From Zootoca vivipara (Eukaryota), in NCBI RefSeq assembly GCF_963506605.1, contig NC_083282.1:95790001-95854000 (forward strand): DNA of 64,000 bases, in the 5' to 3' direction. The translations under genes were made by a program, and so were the position numbers. Position 1 is the stretch's first letter, and every line of letters begins with the position of its first letter. The notes under the pieces are model-generated. The model saw only the letters and a list, made by a program, of their open reading frames with translations. It was not told the DNA's origin and did no database searches. Positions 63,429 through 64,000 of this stretch are shown here, in pieces.

Positions 63429-64000
63429 TTTGTCCTAGCAGATCCCCGTTGTGCTTCTGAGCGTCTTTTCTGTGGGAGGACGGCACCCTTCTGTGGGGGC
63501 CAGCAAAGGGCTTGTGTCCTGGACGATGCCAAAGGTCCCCTCTGGGTCAGGCCGGAGCTGCTCCCGGGAGGGTGCCTGTTCCCTTGGAACTCTCCCGGCA
63601 GGGAGACTTGCTCCTGAGGCCCTGGAGCCCCCATGAAGAATGCCCTGTAGCTGGAGAGGGGCAAGACGGCTGTGGCCACGAGGCCTTTCACCAGCTTCAT
63701 CTGCTGTGATAGCTACGGCCATAACTGGGTCAGGATTGCTTGCCCCCTCTAGGCCATTGTCTGGTAAACTTGAGGCTGGATTACTGCAATGGGGTCTCTG
63801 CAGGGCGGCCCTTGGGAGGGTGCAGAATTCAGGGGACACAAAGCCAGCAGCGTGTGACAGCTGCTAAATAACGCATCTGTGATGGCTGCTCGCATGCTGC
63901 TGCGTCCTGACTTGTGTGGATATGCAAACCCTGAGCAACTTGAGCCCTTGCACGTCAAGCTCCATCATAGATCATGGGGGGGGGCATGCTATTCATTGTC

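Noticed and set aside
63878-63936. GTGATG...CTGA...CTGA, possible C/D snoRNA
   Set aside because: Incomplete C box, no convincing terminal stem and no recognised rRNA guide.

Overview
GC-rich vertebrate genomic DNA, almost certainly from a squamate and probably a lacertid lizard (Sauria SINE, Squam3-like SINE, BovB, CR1, Penelope-like, hAT and Tc1/mariner MITEs). It holds five complete, compact intron-containing genes, which I assembled by hand from GT-AG sites and recalled protein similarity: SLC35C2 (-, 355 aa), ELMO2 (-, 720 aa plus a 36-nt cassette exon), SNRPB (+, SmB', 240 aa, hosting SNORD119 and a candidate poison exon), DDX27 (-, 759 aa) and ZNFX1 (+, 1920 aa). They form two head-to-head pairs: ELMO2/SNRPB and DDX27/ZNFX1. 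The most notable observation is that DDX27 and the dsRNA sensor ZNFX1 have start codons about 320 bp apart across tandem IRF/ISRE motifs, whereas in human they are convergent and ZNFX1 is paired with ZFAS1. Also notable: a long TE-derived inverted repeat inside a ZNFX1 intron, an SmB-type 'GLL-stop' sequence lacking its AG acceptor in SNRPB, several nested TE insertions with readable target-site duplications, and enhancer-like AT-rich islands in the first 4.3 kb. Most ORF-track entries are GC-rich noise. There is one assembly gap (47622-47761). No database search was run; gene and family names rest on recalled sequence similarity.
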